From the NCBI RefSeq assembly GCF_902459465.1, contig NC_047077.1:8184001-8248000 (forward strand): DNA of 64,000 bases, read 5' to 3'. Positions 11,352 to 24,900 of this stretch are shown piece by piece. The position numbers and the translations under genes were made by a program. Below the pieces are notes generated by a model. The model saw only the letters and a program-made list of their open reading frames with translations, was not told the origin of the DNA and did no database searches. Positions within the stretch are counted from its first letter, which is position 1. The number at the start of each line of letters is the position of its first letter. The stretch comes from Asterias rubens (Eukaryota).

Positions 11352-14300
11352 ATGAAGAGTTCATTGCACCATTTACCAACATTCAGAATGCCCATTATAA
11401 TCCTCCTCATCGTAATTGCAAGTCCATCGCATGTTTTGACACAAACTACACCATCTTCACTGGATTCATCCTCAACCGTTGGAACAACTACGGTAGATAC
11501 GGGAACTGTCGGCTTGCTGACAACCACGAACCCACCTCAGACAACATTAGATACGGGAACTGTCGGCTTGCTGACAACCACGAACCCACCTCAGACAACA
11601 TTAGCCCGACCACCTGACTGGCCTGAGCAAGAAAAACCTGGTGAGTGTTGAAAGTCTTTCACCTTGGTAATTGTCAAAGACCAGTATTCTCACTACATGG
11701 CGAGTCAAAAAGAGGTTGACCAAGATTTATGATTTAAAAACAAAACAACAACTGACACTCAAAACCCCAGTGAAGCGCATAACAAGCATTCTATCCCGCT
11801 TATCTGAAAAACAAGTTAAGCAAATTGATCATTTGTAAGAGAAGTTATGCCAGTTTTACTGAAAGCACTCAACTAAACAATCAATAGTCGTGACTCGGAC
11901 ACTAGTAGTCGCAGTAGTCGACCACAGGATTAGCATATGTGCATAATTTTGAGAACAGGCATAGAGTAGCATCAGGAGGTAAGAACTCTTCTTCTCGGAA
12001 AGACAAACAGATTATTGTCTTTCTTGTTTTTGGCACTAAGGAATAATGCATTTTTCTGGAATGTTTTCATTTCAGTTACAAAACTGGAGCTTGCTGGCAC
12101 AACGGTGGAACTATGTACCCATCGACACCTATGCAGTAGTCTTGGTTGCCACTTTCAGCCATTTGAAGATTTCGATCGTACTGGGGCTGCTCCTCTCTGC
12201 CAGTGTGATCCAGATTGTGTCTTCTTTAATGACTGCTGTCAAGACTACAAGGAAAGTTGTGAACATGTAACAGATGATGATCAAGGGACTGACTCCAGGC
12301 TTAGGAAACTCAAGGTAATACAATTTTTCAATTTTGTTAGACTAATGGTAGTTTTCACCATGTCTTCTTAAATCATCATCATCATCTTCTTATAGACAGA
12401 TAGACCTTATGCACATATCAGTAGGGCACCCTCACCTTGAGGTGAAAAAGCGGCCATTCATTGGCCAAACCTGTGCGCCGTGCGTACAAATTTGTGCATT
12501 TTGAATGTTTCGTCAGCGCTTTACCTGTAAGATGGTGACTGGATGGCGTGAATGCATAAGGTCGATACTGTGCAGAAACTTCCTCCGCCCTGGAGTATAC
12601 TTGCACATTGGTTGAAGTACAGACAAAACTCAAGGCATAAACAAATATCAGTATTGTGTGCAAGTAAAAGCCTCTAGCTACCGGGCAACCGCGGTAGTCT
12701 AGTTGGTAAGACACTGCTCTAGAATTGCAAGGGTCGTGGGTTCGAATCCCACCCGAGTAACATGCCTGTGATATTTTTTCACAGGACTCGGGAAAGTACT
12801 GAGTATACAGTGCTAACACACATCGGTGTATGGGTAAAAACCAAATTAATATTCTTTATCCCCGATGCAAATTTAACATCTATTACAAGTAAAAGCAGTT
12901 TCTTATTTTAGCATTTTGTGTTGGGATTGGTAATTAGCTGAAGGTGACCCCTTTTAGCCTGCTCTTGAGGACATCCAGAGTTGGTGACTCAACAACTTGC
13001 TTGGGCAGTGATTTCCACAGGTGGATGGTATCGAGGAAGAAGCAGCCTTTCAGTAAGTTGGATGGAACATGAAATTTCATGTTGTTTCCTAGTGAATACT
13101 CACCATGATTTTGCTTTGTTTGTTTTTCAGCTTGAAGATTTAACCTGCTACCCTGGCAATACAAAGAAGGGTTACTATGCAATAGCGTCTTGTCCAGAGG
13201 AACGCCAATCAGTGTCTGATGAAATGCTGTTTCTTTGTGAAAACGTTGACAGCAACGATTTGTTGTCGACCATTCTTGTCTCTGGAGTGAAGTATAACCT
13301 CCCGTACAGGAATGTTTACTGCGCCCTCTGCCATGGGGAAGACTTAGTCGACTTAACATCTTGGTCTCTTGATGTAGATTGTTTTGGGGAGCATACAACC
13401 AAAGAAGCTCTGGGGCTACTATCAAACTCTACTTCATCTGAAACTCTTGATTATTTACAGAATACCCTGGATTGCACTGTTCAACCCAAACCTCAAGACC
13501 CGACCTTAAACATCCTCAGAGCTTGTTTCATTGTCTTTTTTGAATCCTGCCCTGCAGGTCATCCACTTAGTGAAGCTTGCGAATCATACACAGCTTTCGT
13601 CCACACAGCATTATTATTCGATTATCTTGAGAGCAAAAATCCACATTGTGTTGCCTGCAACAACGATGTTGAAAATGCTACAGAATGTGAAAGTTTCTAC
13701 CCTTACATTCCACTGAAAGGCGTAACTCCTCAACCTGGCCTTGGAGGACCACCTATTGGTGGTGTACCACCCATTTCAATTGTCTTGGACTTCCGATCTG
13801 GGGGCAATGTTAAACTCTTGAGGGAAGAGACGGTTGTTGTTGAAGAACAGGTTGCATGCTCAACCAATGAAGTCTATGATCCATTCCGTACAATATGTCG
13901 AAAGTTGTCTTGCTCCTTTGGGTATGAGTTAGTTGGAAATGAGTGTGTCTTAAAGTCCGAGCATGATGATGATGGCATTGTGGTTTACATACATGTCACA
14001 GTTTGCACTTCTGAGCCTCTTGGTTATGCCTCTGAAGAAGCTGTCAGAAACTGCCTGCAAGAGCTGATAAAAGTCAACCAAAGTAAGCTTGAGGAATCAA
14101 TTATTATTCCACTTGGAACACCAATGGCGACTTGTTTCCAAAATGAGCAACAAACGACTCATCCTTATATGGTCCAGACAGACAGAAAAACCTTCCAGGA
14201 GTTTCATGTCAATCTTCAAGAGCCAAGAGGCGTGAAATTTTGCCAAACCCAAATTGATGCAATGAAGATTGTTGCTATGGAAGTAATTCACCATACAGCA

Positions 14301-16331
14301 AATCTTGCTGTTGGTAAATGCAATGGGCGATGGATTACAGAAGCCCAATTCCACACGGATGGGTCAGGTTTAGTGTACATAAATGAATCCGACTCTTGGT
14401 ATGCAGCCAACCAAACGCTACAACGAGAGGTTTTCATCCATGAGGAGCTATCCAGCGACTTGAAGCAATCTGGCAGTCTTCAGCTTTGCCTCAATCCTGA
14501 TCTGTCCTGCTTATTAGAGACACTCAACAGTTCCTTATTTCTCCACGATGATCTGAACAATATTCTTACATACATTCCAACCGGGGAAATGTACAGTCGA
14601 GACCAATACATAGAGACATGGAGTGGACAAATCCAAGTTTGTTCCTTCAATGACCGGAATGGAACTCGAAACACAACTAGAATCATAACCTTCTTTGAAT
14701 ACTCTCAACCTCAGCAGATTCTTAGTCTAATCCTTAACATCATATCAATGCTTGCTGCTCTAATTACCTTTATAACCTACTGTGTCTTTAAGGAGCTTAG
14801 AAACCACACAGGTTATCTGATAATGAACTTTGTTGGCACTCTCTTTATGGCACAACTATTTCTCTTATTCAGTGGAGTGGCCACAATTTATCCATCAGTC
14901 TGCACTAGTGTCGCTGTTTTAGCCCACTACCTTCTGTTGGTCAACGTGATGTGGACTGGACTTTTGGCATTCGACCTCCACCAGACGTTTGCAACACGAT
15001 CAAAAGTTCGACAGAGCAAACATGGTAGCATACCTAAGGCAGCAGTGTCAATTGCTTGGGGTACCCCTATTCTAATCATCCTTCCCTGCTTGATCTTACA
15101 CCTCTGTGACTGCACTGAGATCCCGCTGTGGTATGGTGATGAGAACATCTGCTGGATCGGGAACGGTTACGTCAACATTGCTGTAGTTGGAGGTCCAATT
15201 GGGGTCGTCATATCAGCCAATGTCATCTTGTTTGCTTTTACTATCCATGGGATATGGAGGACAAACAGAGACACGATTACAGTACGGAAGAATAAATCTC
15301 TGGTCCAGCAGACAAAGGAGGAGTTGATCATATACCTGAAAGTAAGTACAATGCACTATTTACACGTATTCTGCCTAGCTTTATTCACATACTTCCAGAA
15401 AAGACATCTAAAAGCCTGCTACACAGACCACAGGCTTATATGATTCCTTTTCGAAAGGGCAAGGGCACCAAGGTATTTTCCCCTTGGTAAAGAGCAACCT
15501 TTGAGAAAATTGTAAATTTCTACTGGTGCATTTCAAGGGCACCAAAGGCAAAGACCAGGGGTATGGAGGCAAACAAAAGGGATATCTGTGGGGAAAAGGA
15601 GAAGGCGCAGGCAAAATGTTGTTAGTCATGTGCTTAAAGACACTGGACACCTTTGGTAATTTTCTAAGATCAGTCTACTCACTTGGTGTATCTCAACATT
15701 ATGCACAAAATAACAAACCTGTGAAAATTTGAACTCAATTGGTCATCGAAGTTGCCAGATAATAATAGAAGAAAAAACACCCTTGTCACACGATGTTGTG
15801 TGCTTTTAGATGCTTAAATTTCCGGACCTCAAATTCTAATTCTGAGGTCTCGTAATCAAATTCAAATATTTTAGTGGAAAATTACTTCTCAAAATCTACA
15901 TTACTTCATAGGGAGCCGTTTCTCACAATGTTTTATACTATCGCTATTGATCGCTAACAAGTAAGTTTTTATGCTAACAATTATTTTGAGCAATTACCAA
16001 TAGTGTCTAGTGCCTTTAAACGTTCAGACCATTGTTTTCAATCGAACAGATCTCCAGTCTGATGGGTTTCACTTGGATCATTGGCTTTACAGCAGCTTTC
16101 ACTGATGTGATTTTACTCTGGTACATCTACATCATTCTCAACTCTTGCCAAGGTCTTCTGGTCTTTCTCTCCTTCGTCTGTAAGATCAGCATCTGGAGAC
16201 GGTGGAAGAAGACCTTTGCCTCGAGATGTTGTCGACGAGAGGACCACCAAGCTCACAGTTCAAACATGTCTCAAGGATCTAGTCCTTCGAGACCAACAGT
16301 GTCTGCTGACACCCGCATTACAAGGATTTGA
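11352..16331 (+). CDS. Somatomedin-B-domain, Cys-rich ectodomain, family-B (secretin/Methuselah-like) 7TM receptor, paralog 1 (about 1006 aa)
   Basis: Exons 11352-11640, 12076-12314, 13131-15341, 16050-16331 (phases 1,0,0; total 3021 nt). Hydrophobic signal peptide, Thr-rich stalk, SMB motif CQCDPDCVFFNDCCQDYKESC, YRNVYCALCH and KNPHCVAC motifs, seven hydrophobic segments with family-B-like TM6/TM7 LMGFTWIIGF and YIILNSCQGLLVFL. Confidence 0.9.
12400..12566. mobile_element. Small MITE with atagaccttatgca TIRs
   Basis: Second copy at 58198-58370. Confidence 0.75.
12672..12886 (+). mobile_element. tRNA-derived SINE-like repeat (family T1)
   Basis: A-box TAGTCTAGTTGG at 12695-12706, B-box GGTTCGAATCC at 12739-12749, paired D and T arms, broken anticodon arm, shared 3' body in four copies. 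Confidence 0.8.
15638..16015. mobile_element. Kolobok-like MITE K1 in receptor paralog 1 intron 3
   Basis: TTAA at 15634-15637 and 16016-16019; ends about 30 nt before the exon 4 acceptor. Confidence 0.85.
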
Positions 16332-17016
16332 GTGTTAGAATATTAAAGTATATTTGAAGATTTTAAACAGGGTTACCTTTGATTTAATGAATTTGTTCAT
16401 CTTGAATATTCTATAATAGCTGTAAATATAAGTGTGGCACAACCAATTGTATAGTATTCAAGCATGGTTCAAGTTAATTGCCTTTCCTGTTAACATTTCC
16501 TCCTTTTAAGGGGCTTAAACAGCTTAAAAGCTGTTTTATAGCACCCATGTAGTTTGCTATTTTCTTAGAAGTCTTTGTAACTGTTTTACTCTGGTCTATT
16601 TAGCTGTGTTTTAGTTTTGATTGTTAGTTATTTCTTGGTTTAGGTTTCACTTAGTTTGAAACGAATTCAACTTAAGATTTAGATCCCAAGTTCATTCATT
16701 TTGATCTTGATGGTTTTTATTGTTTGGTACTGCTTTTGGTGACTGATTTATAATCAATAAATTTGTTTGTTCTTTTTTTGTTTGAGAAACCTACAACTTT
16801 GAGTCACTGTTCCTATTTTTGCATTTCTTCGCGTCTTAGCCCTATTATATCTAGTTTTTAATTAATTTTTCTTGAGTGAGTTCCCCCACAGCATTCAGTT
16901 TTATTTGGTTCATTCAAGTGGTGCATTTTTCCCGGTTACATTTGTATTCTCATGACAATGATTTATACACCTATAGATGAGTATGTCACTTTTAAAAGTT
17001 TACTGTTATTGCTTAA

Positions 17017-17403
17017 AGACACTGGACACTATAGGCAAATGCCAAAGACCAGTCTTCTCACTTGGTGTATCTCAACATATATATGCATAAAATAAAAAAA
17101 CTGAAAATTGGAGCTCAATTGGTCGTCCAAGTTGCGAGATAATAATGAAAGAAAAAATACCCTTGTCACACAAGGTTGTGTGCTTTCAGATGCTTGATTT
17201 TGAGACCTCAAATTCTAAATCTGAGGTCTCGAAATAAAATCCGTGGAAAGTTACTTCTTTCTTGAAAACTATGTCACTTCAGAGGGAGCCGTTTCTCGCA
17301 ATGTTTTATACCATCAACCTCTCCCCATTACTTGTTACCAAGTCCCAAGTAAGGTTTTATGCTAATAATTATTTTGAGTAATTACCAATAGTGTCCACTG
17401 CCT
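17017..17403. mobile_element. Kolobok-like MITE K1
   Basis: TTAA at 17013-17016 and 17404-17407. Confidence 0.85.
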
Positions 17404-18901
17404 TTAATAAGGGCAACAGTATTGTTGAGACTACATTTTGTTAGCACACTGGACCAGTGTTACAACCACTCGGTGAAATCTTACTTTTCCATTACATTTT
17501 GCAATTTCCTTGTAGAAATTGAATAGTCCAGATTTTCACCCCATGATTATTGCAAGAATGCACACATTTGAATCCAATATTTGTATATCACAAAACACAA
17601 CATTTGAAGAAGTTTAATGTGTTATGTATGTAGGGCAATCAGCCAGGACTGACCAAGTTTTTAAGGGATACGCATGGCAAGTTATGCAGGTGGTTATTCA
17701 CACAAACATCATGTTTTTAAAATCTTGCTTCATTTGTGTGATTTAATGGGCTTATTGTGTAGAGGTTTCAATCGATTGTGTGATAGTATAAGACAAACCA
17801 GACTTTGTTTTGCTCTCGGCTGTTGACATCCTACCTACAAGTGGTATTCAGAATCTAGGACTTAATATTACAGATTGGAAGTTCATGCATCAGTGAGCAG
17901 TTAGATCTACCGCCAGGTAATTCTGTAAAATAGTAAAACCTGTATTAAGAGGGCTGATGCACACTCGCTGCGTTTTCACTGCGTATATGCAGTGCCCGTT
18001 TATAAAAGTCTGCAGTCCGTAAACAGAAGCGCAGTGCGTTATCATGTTGCGCATATACGTACACATTTTTTTCAAAATGAATAGGTCGTACACAAAAATC
18101 AGATACGTAGGCGGACGAATTTAATAAAAACAAAATATATGGGGGATGCGTACTATGTATACGTAATGTCAGTGAAAAGAAAATTTAAAAATCTGTTTAA
18201 CACAAGTTTGAACGAATACTGAGATGTTCAGAGGGCAGTGACTTCATGGAAGGGAAATTCGGGAAATCTGCGATAAAGATATGGACAGAAGGCAAAGATA
18301 CCAATTAATTTATAAAAAGATCCTTGCACCGCACGAATGTATGAACACAAATTGACGTGTGTGTTTCCGCATCTGACAGTGAAACACTTTGTAGTCTGTT
18401 AAATGCTTTATTAGTTGTATTTTTAAACTTGCAATTGTTTGTAATTGGCTATATAGCAATTTAAAAAATTCATTTCCATGTTCATCTTTTGAATTAGTCA
18501 AGTTTGGTCGAAGAAAATCTTTAAATAAAGGAGAGTTTTCTCTAGATGGTTCTGATTTGTATAACAACAATGCTGGGTTCTACCTATAGTACATTAATTT
18601 GTAACGTTAATTTGGGGTCAACATTAAGTGTTTGTAAGAATGGCGGATTCTGAAACTTCTGAAAAGTTGGTCTTACCAAGTTTGTAGAAGAATGTGCTCC
18701 TTGCATCCTCTTGATTTTACCCTGTTAACAGTTTGGCCTGGACTTCAAAAGGCCATTGACTCTGTTGCCCTGGTTTTGGTCTTGATCCCCCTTCAAAACT
18801 TCCCAAACATTTTCCAATAGACGTGCCCTTTGCAAAATAAAAATTGACCTTACCCTTTCAAAGATCATGCCTGGTATCTTCCGAGTGCAGAGAGTCGACT
18901 A

Positions 18902-21900
18902 ATGATGGGAATGTTCTACTCGGCAAGTTGGTGTGTTATGGTGATGGTGGTACATGTATGCCCACAGTACACACTAGCACAAACTACACCTCCACAGCCC
19001 CCTTCTATGCCCGTTTCTACCTCTGGAGGGGTATCAATGGGTACAACAGGAGTTACCCAGTCTCCTTCATCTGAATCCTTCTCAACATCACCTGTTGTAA
19101 ATGAGAATGTCATCGGTGAGCTTATAATTTTCAATTAATAGTCAATAAGCCATGCGTGAGTTAGATTTGAATAATCTCAATGACTTGCTTAGTCTCAATG
19201 TTACACGTACATTTGAATTCCTAAGACTATAGAGACAGTTGCTTTGTCAAATGGTTCGGGATAAGCATTTGTATAGCAACCTCCAGATGAGCGAACCCTG
19301 GTACCATTGTTCCATACACATCCATTCAGAATTGTGTACGGATCGATGTTCACCGTCTCTGATGTGACTACTCTAAAGCTTGCCCCTTATCTTGTGACAT
19401 ATAGCAACGGTCTCGATAGTCTGAGGAATTCAAATTTAAGTGGTAACTTGTGATCAAGGACGTCTTTGTACCAGACGATATTAAAATCTAACACGCAAAT
19501 GGCTTATTGTGCTATTATTTGTTCATACAAATTTGCATACATACTTTAAAAAAAATAGATTTTTTATAATTATGTATTAATGCTTTTATTGATGTTTGTC
19601 TTAATTGCTTTGAAAAACTCAGTTGTTGTCATTAAAAATATTACTTACAAAATCAACATCAACCACTTTAAAGTGTTTGGGTAATATTTTTTCTGACGGT
19701 TAAAAAACACAAACACATACGGGATTTTAAGATAATGATGGTAGAAAGCTTCCCTTAAAATATTACTTTCTGATGAGGTGCTGTAGTTTTTGAGAAATAT
19801 GGGAAAAACAATTCAGCGAGACGAAAACTATTTTAACATGTACGCGACTCTCCTGAAAACATTGCTCTGAGATTTACACTTTTTTTCCTCAAAAACTTGA
19901 CCACTAGTGAAGCTTAAAAACTTCTACAGGTAAATTAAAATACATGTATCCTCGTTGACAGTGAGTAGGGATTTATGTCATGGCCAAACACTTGGCCTAC
20001 AAAAGTTATCAAGACCCTTTAATGAAGGGATTTCAAGAAACAATGCCAAAAATACACAATTTTTTTTGAAGTATCCCAGGAATAACATTGAATCACTTTT
20101 TAGAAACCATGTAATTTTTGAAGAGTAATGAATATTCACCATCCGTAGATCTTGACTCTGTTACGGAACTGGAGCTTGCTGGAGTTCTGATGGACCTATG
20201 TACCCATCGACACCTATGCAGAAGTCTTGGTTGTCACTTTCAGCCGTTTGAAGATTTCAATCGCACTTGGGCTGCTCCTCTCTGCCAGTGTGATCCAGAT
20301 TGTGTCTTCTTTAATGACTGCTGTCAAGACTACAAAGAAAGTTGTGAACCATGGACTGTTAGTGAAGATTTGTCTTCTTATTTGACTGGCTTGAAGGTAT
20401 ATATATGTACCATGTCATGATATGTTGCACAGGGTGTGTCCCCAAGACCCCCCCCCCCCCAATCCAATCCAATGCTCACCTACATGTACGTTAACCAGAC
20501 GCAACATTCTAATTGCAAACAAAGAGGAAACGGCCGATCACACTTAAAGGAACACGTTGCCTTGGATCCGACGAGTTGGTCTATAAAAAGCGTTTGTAAC
20601 CGTTTGTTATAAAATGCATAATGGTTGGAAAGATGTTGTAAAAGTAGAATACAATGATCCACACAAACATGCCTCGAAGTTGCACGGTTTCCTTTTACCT
20701 CGTCGACTAACACGGTCGGCCATTTATGGGAGACAAATTTTGTACTCTTATAAATGGCCGACCGTGTTAGTTCGCAGAGTAAAAGGAAAACCACGCAATT
20801 TCGAGGCAAGTTTGTGTGGATCATTGTATTTTACTTTTAAAACATCTTTCCTACCATATGCATTTTATAACAAATGGTTACAAATGCTTTTTATAGACCA
20901 ACTCGTACGATCCAAGGCAAAAATTAATAACGTTTTCCTTTAACTTTTGACAGCGTTTTTCAGTTTTCTATGGCACTGAGTTGAAAGAAAAAGAGGAAAT
21001 CAGCTGATCAGCTGAAAAGTTGCATGAGAGGGAAAGAGTTTCCTTATATTCAGGGACATTTTCAAATTTGTTCATCAGAACCAGGAGAATGTTTCTTTCC
21101 AGGGTCTGCAGAATCCTGGAGAGTTTGCAGCTCTGCATATTCAGAACACAAAGTGCTGGTAGGGGCTTAAAGATTGCCTGTTAATTAAACAGTTTATGAG
21201 AAGAACAGTACCTGCATTTATGTCTCCAACCATGTCCTCCCTAAGGTCATGGAGGTGTGATAGACCATGTAGCCCATATCCCTGCTGCATGATACGTGTC
21301 CTCCCTAAGGTCATGGAGGTGTGATAGACCATGTAGCCCATATCCCTGCTGCATGATACTTGGCTATTGGAAATAAAAGTATGACATTTTAATTGAGTAC
21401 AAGAGCTGACCTACATGTACGGTATAGGCTTTTATAGACTTTAGGTCAGGCTATCTATTAAAATAATTGCCGATTCTTCTGAGAGACAAACAATCGGAAA
21501 GCAGACTTAAAGCCAGTATACACTTTCGGAAAAGAAAAAAGAAAAAAAGTTCACAGATTTACAAATAACTTACAGGGTTTACAGAAGGTAATGGTGAAAG
21601 ACTTCTCTTGAAATATTATTTCATGAAATGCTTTACTTTTTGAGAAAAACGTTAAAACAATTATCAATTTTCGATAACGAGAATTACGGATTTATGTAAA
21701 ACACATGTCATGACATGGCGAAATGTGCGGAAACAAGTGTGGGTTTTCTTGTTATTTTCTCCCGACTCCAATGACCGATTGAGCCTAAATTTTCACAGGT
21801 TTGTTGGTCGATACTGTGTACCGAAAGTGTCCAATGGCTTTAAGTAGGAAGAATATCAATACCAATGCTGCATATTTTTATTTTTTTTATTTTTTTTTAT

Positions 21901-24900
21901 CCAACATCCAACAGCGCAAGTGCCAATTACAGGACGGATGAAAATATTAAAGCAAAAATATATTGAAATGTCCTAACTGTAGCCAATATCACACCCTACA
22001 TCTATTTCTAGTTCCTAACTCAGCGTATAAAACCTACAACTGTTCCAACAATGGGTACAGCGAAAGCTGCACATCATGTTCGCTTGAAGATAATGTTATA
22101 AACACGGCTTAATAGGGCATTTACAGTGGGTCAAAATGTCCTTGCCAATAATCAAAATACCCTTGCCAATAATCAAAATACCTTCGCAGAACTGTGCTAG
22201 TTCAAGCAAACACAATTCATTGCAAATGCAAATTTCTTTACAACTTAATTTCAACATCATGTTTTCCCCAATCGCTAATAAAAATGAAAGTCTCAACAAG
22301 TCATTATTCTGAATAAAATATGTTGGTCAATCTTTTTCAGCTTGGTGATACAATTACCTGTTATCATGAAGAAACCAGAATTCCACTGGAAGTTAAGAAG
22401 GGCTACTACATTATAGCCACTTGCCCCAATGAAGGTCCGGTGCATAATGAACAGACTCAGTCTCTATGTGAGCACATTGACAGCGAGGATTTGTTGTCGA
22501 CCATTCTTGTCTCTGGAGTGAAGTATAACCTTCCCTATAGGAATGTATACTGCGCCCTCTGCCATGGGGAAGACTTAGTCAACGTGGATGCGTGGCCTTT
22601 GAACATAGAATGTGAATTTCAGGACATATCTGATGAAGCTCTGAATCTCCTGTCCAACTCTACCTCCAATGCCACTTTGAGTTACATTCGAAATACTCTG
22701 GGATGTATTGTTCAACCGAAACCTCCATACCTGACCTCGACAATCCTCAGGGCTTGCTTTCTCAACGTTTATGAGTCCTGCCCAGAAGGCCATGGACTTG
22801 CTGAAGCCTGCGCTTCATACACAGCCTTCGTTCTCATTCCTTTACTGTTCCTTCAAAGTAAGAACCCACACTGTGCTTCATGTCAGATCAACCAATCACT
22901 GTTTATACACTGTGCCGAGTATTACCCCATCCTCCTGCCAGTCCTGTTCACACCTTACGACCCGCCGGGACCACCCAATGATTCAGGAATTCCACCCATC
23001 TCAATTGTCCTGGATTTCCGATCTGGAGGCAATGTCAAGCTTATTAGGCAACGAGAGGTAGTTTTTGAAGAACAGGTGGCTTGCCTTCCCAATGAGGTGT
23101 TTAATCCGTTCCTCAAAACATGTCGAAAATTGTCTTGTCTTATAGGATATGTTCTGAAAGAGAACGAATGCATCAAAAGCGTCACGCCTACAATTCACAT
23201 TGATCAGGACATTGTGATTTATATCCACATCACGTCATGCTCATCAGAAACCAAGAAGGGTACTCAAAAGGCTGTTAAAAGCTGCCTCGCCGGGCTGTTG
23301 GATGATAATGATCAAAGTCTGTTTGAGCAATCAGTTATTGTCCCGGAAACGATCCAAGCAAACTGTTCCCATGGTAAGCAACAGAAGTCCTCTAACGCAT
23401 TCATGATTCAATCAACCTTGGAAACATTTATGAACTTTCGTCAGAAAATAGGAGTGGTTGAAGGATTGTTTTGCCCATACTTGCCCATACAGATTATTGC
23501 CTTTGAAATCATTTATCATGGAGTTAACTTATCTCTCAGTAAATGCAATGGGCGATGGATGAGTGAAACCCAGTTCCACACGGATGGGTCAGGTTTAGTG
23601 TACATAAATGAATCCGACTCGTGGTATGCAGCCAACCAAACGCTACAACGAGAGGTTTTCATCCATGAGGAGCTATCCAGCGACTTGAAGCAATCTGGTA
23701 GTCTTCAGCTTTGCCTCAATCCTGATCTGTCCTGCTTATTAGAGACACTCAACAGTTCCTTATTTCTCCACGATGATCTAAACAATATTCTTACATACAT
23801 TCCAACCGGGGAAATGTACAGTCGAGACCAATACATAGAGACATGGAGTGGACAAATCCAAGTTTGTTCCTTTAATGAGCGGAATGGAACTCGAAACACA
23901 ACTAGAATCATAACCTTCTTTGAATACTCTCAACCTCAGCAGATTCTTAGTCTAATCCTTAACATCATATCAATGCTTGCTGCTCTAATTACCTTTATAA
24001 CCTACTGTGTCTTTAAGGAGCTTAGAAACCACACAGGTTATCTGATAATGAACTTTGTTGGCACTCTCTTTATGGCACAACTGTTCCTTTTGTTCAGTGG
24101 AGTAGCGACCCTTCATCCAACAGTCTGCACTACTGTTGCCGTTTTAGCCCACTACCTTCTGTTGGTCAACGTCTTGTGGACTGGTGTCCTAGCATTCAAT
24201 TTCTATCGAACATTTACCAACCATTTAATCACATCCCGCAACACTAACAGCAATAGTTCCATGGCATCTATGGCATTTGCCTGGGGTATTCCCATTCTGA
24301 TCATCCTTCCCTGCTTGATCCTACACCTTTGCGACTGCACCGACGTCCCGCTGTGGTACGGCAATGAGAATGTCTGTTGGATAGGGAATGAATACAACAA
24401 CATCGCTGTTGTTGGAGTTCCAACTGGGGTTGTTATTTGTGCCAACGTCATTTTGTTTTCCTTCACTGTCCACGGGATCCGCAAAACAAACAAGACAACA
24501 AAATTGGTTCATAATACCTCTACAATGCAACAAGTGAAAAAGGAACTCATCATTTACATTAAGGTTAGTTTTCAAGTAATTTGCTTCTTTTTTTTATGTC
24601 GGAACAAATCGGTCTTACACTAGTTGCGATGATCGCATCACTACATCCTCCCAACAGTTATAGACCACTCATCGCAACTCGCTTTACACATATGTTTCAT
24701 TTGGAGTGGTCAGGGGTTTGTTAAGGTTTTGTTATTGCAATGGTATGGATTCTGTAACAATACCACATTAATTGTGTGCATTTCACACAAAAACATGCTC
24801 AAAAGCGCATGACAATAAGATACAATCCTAAAAAGTCAGCACATAAAGTACTGCAGAGTAACTGCAACAACTTAAATAGCCGAAATTTGTTTTATAAGAA

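Noticed and set aside
12688-12757. Genuine tRNA gene (also copies at about 500, 1260, 2300 and 62830)
   Set aside because: Anticodon and acceptor stems are broken and the module is embedded in a multi-copy repeat body.
12981-13130. N-terminal part of the 820-aa ORF (likewise 22320-22340, and the ORF tails after 15341 and 24563)
   Set aside because: Read-through into introns; clear acceptors at 13130 and 22340 and donors at 15342 and 24564 define the exons.
14500-14720. Classical adhesion GPCR call (GAIN/GPS autoproteolysis)
   Set aside because: No CxCxHL(T/S)xF-type motif before TM1 in either paralog.
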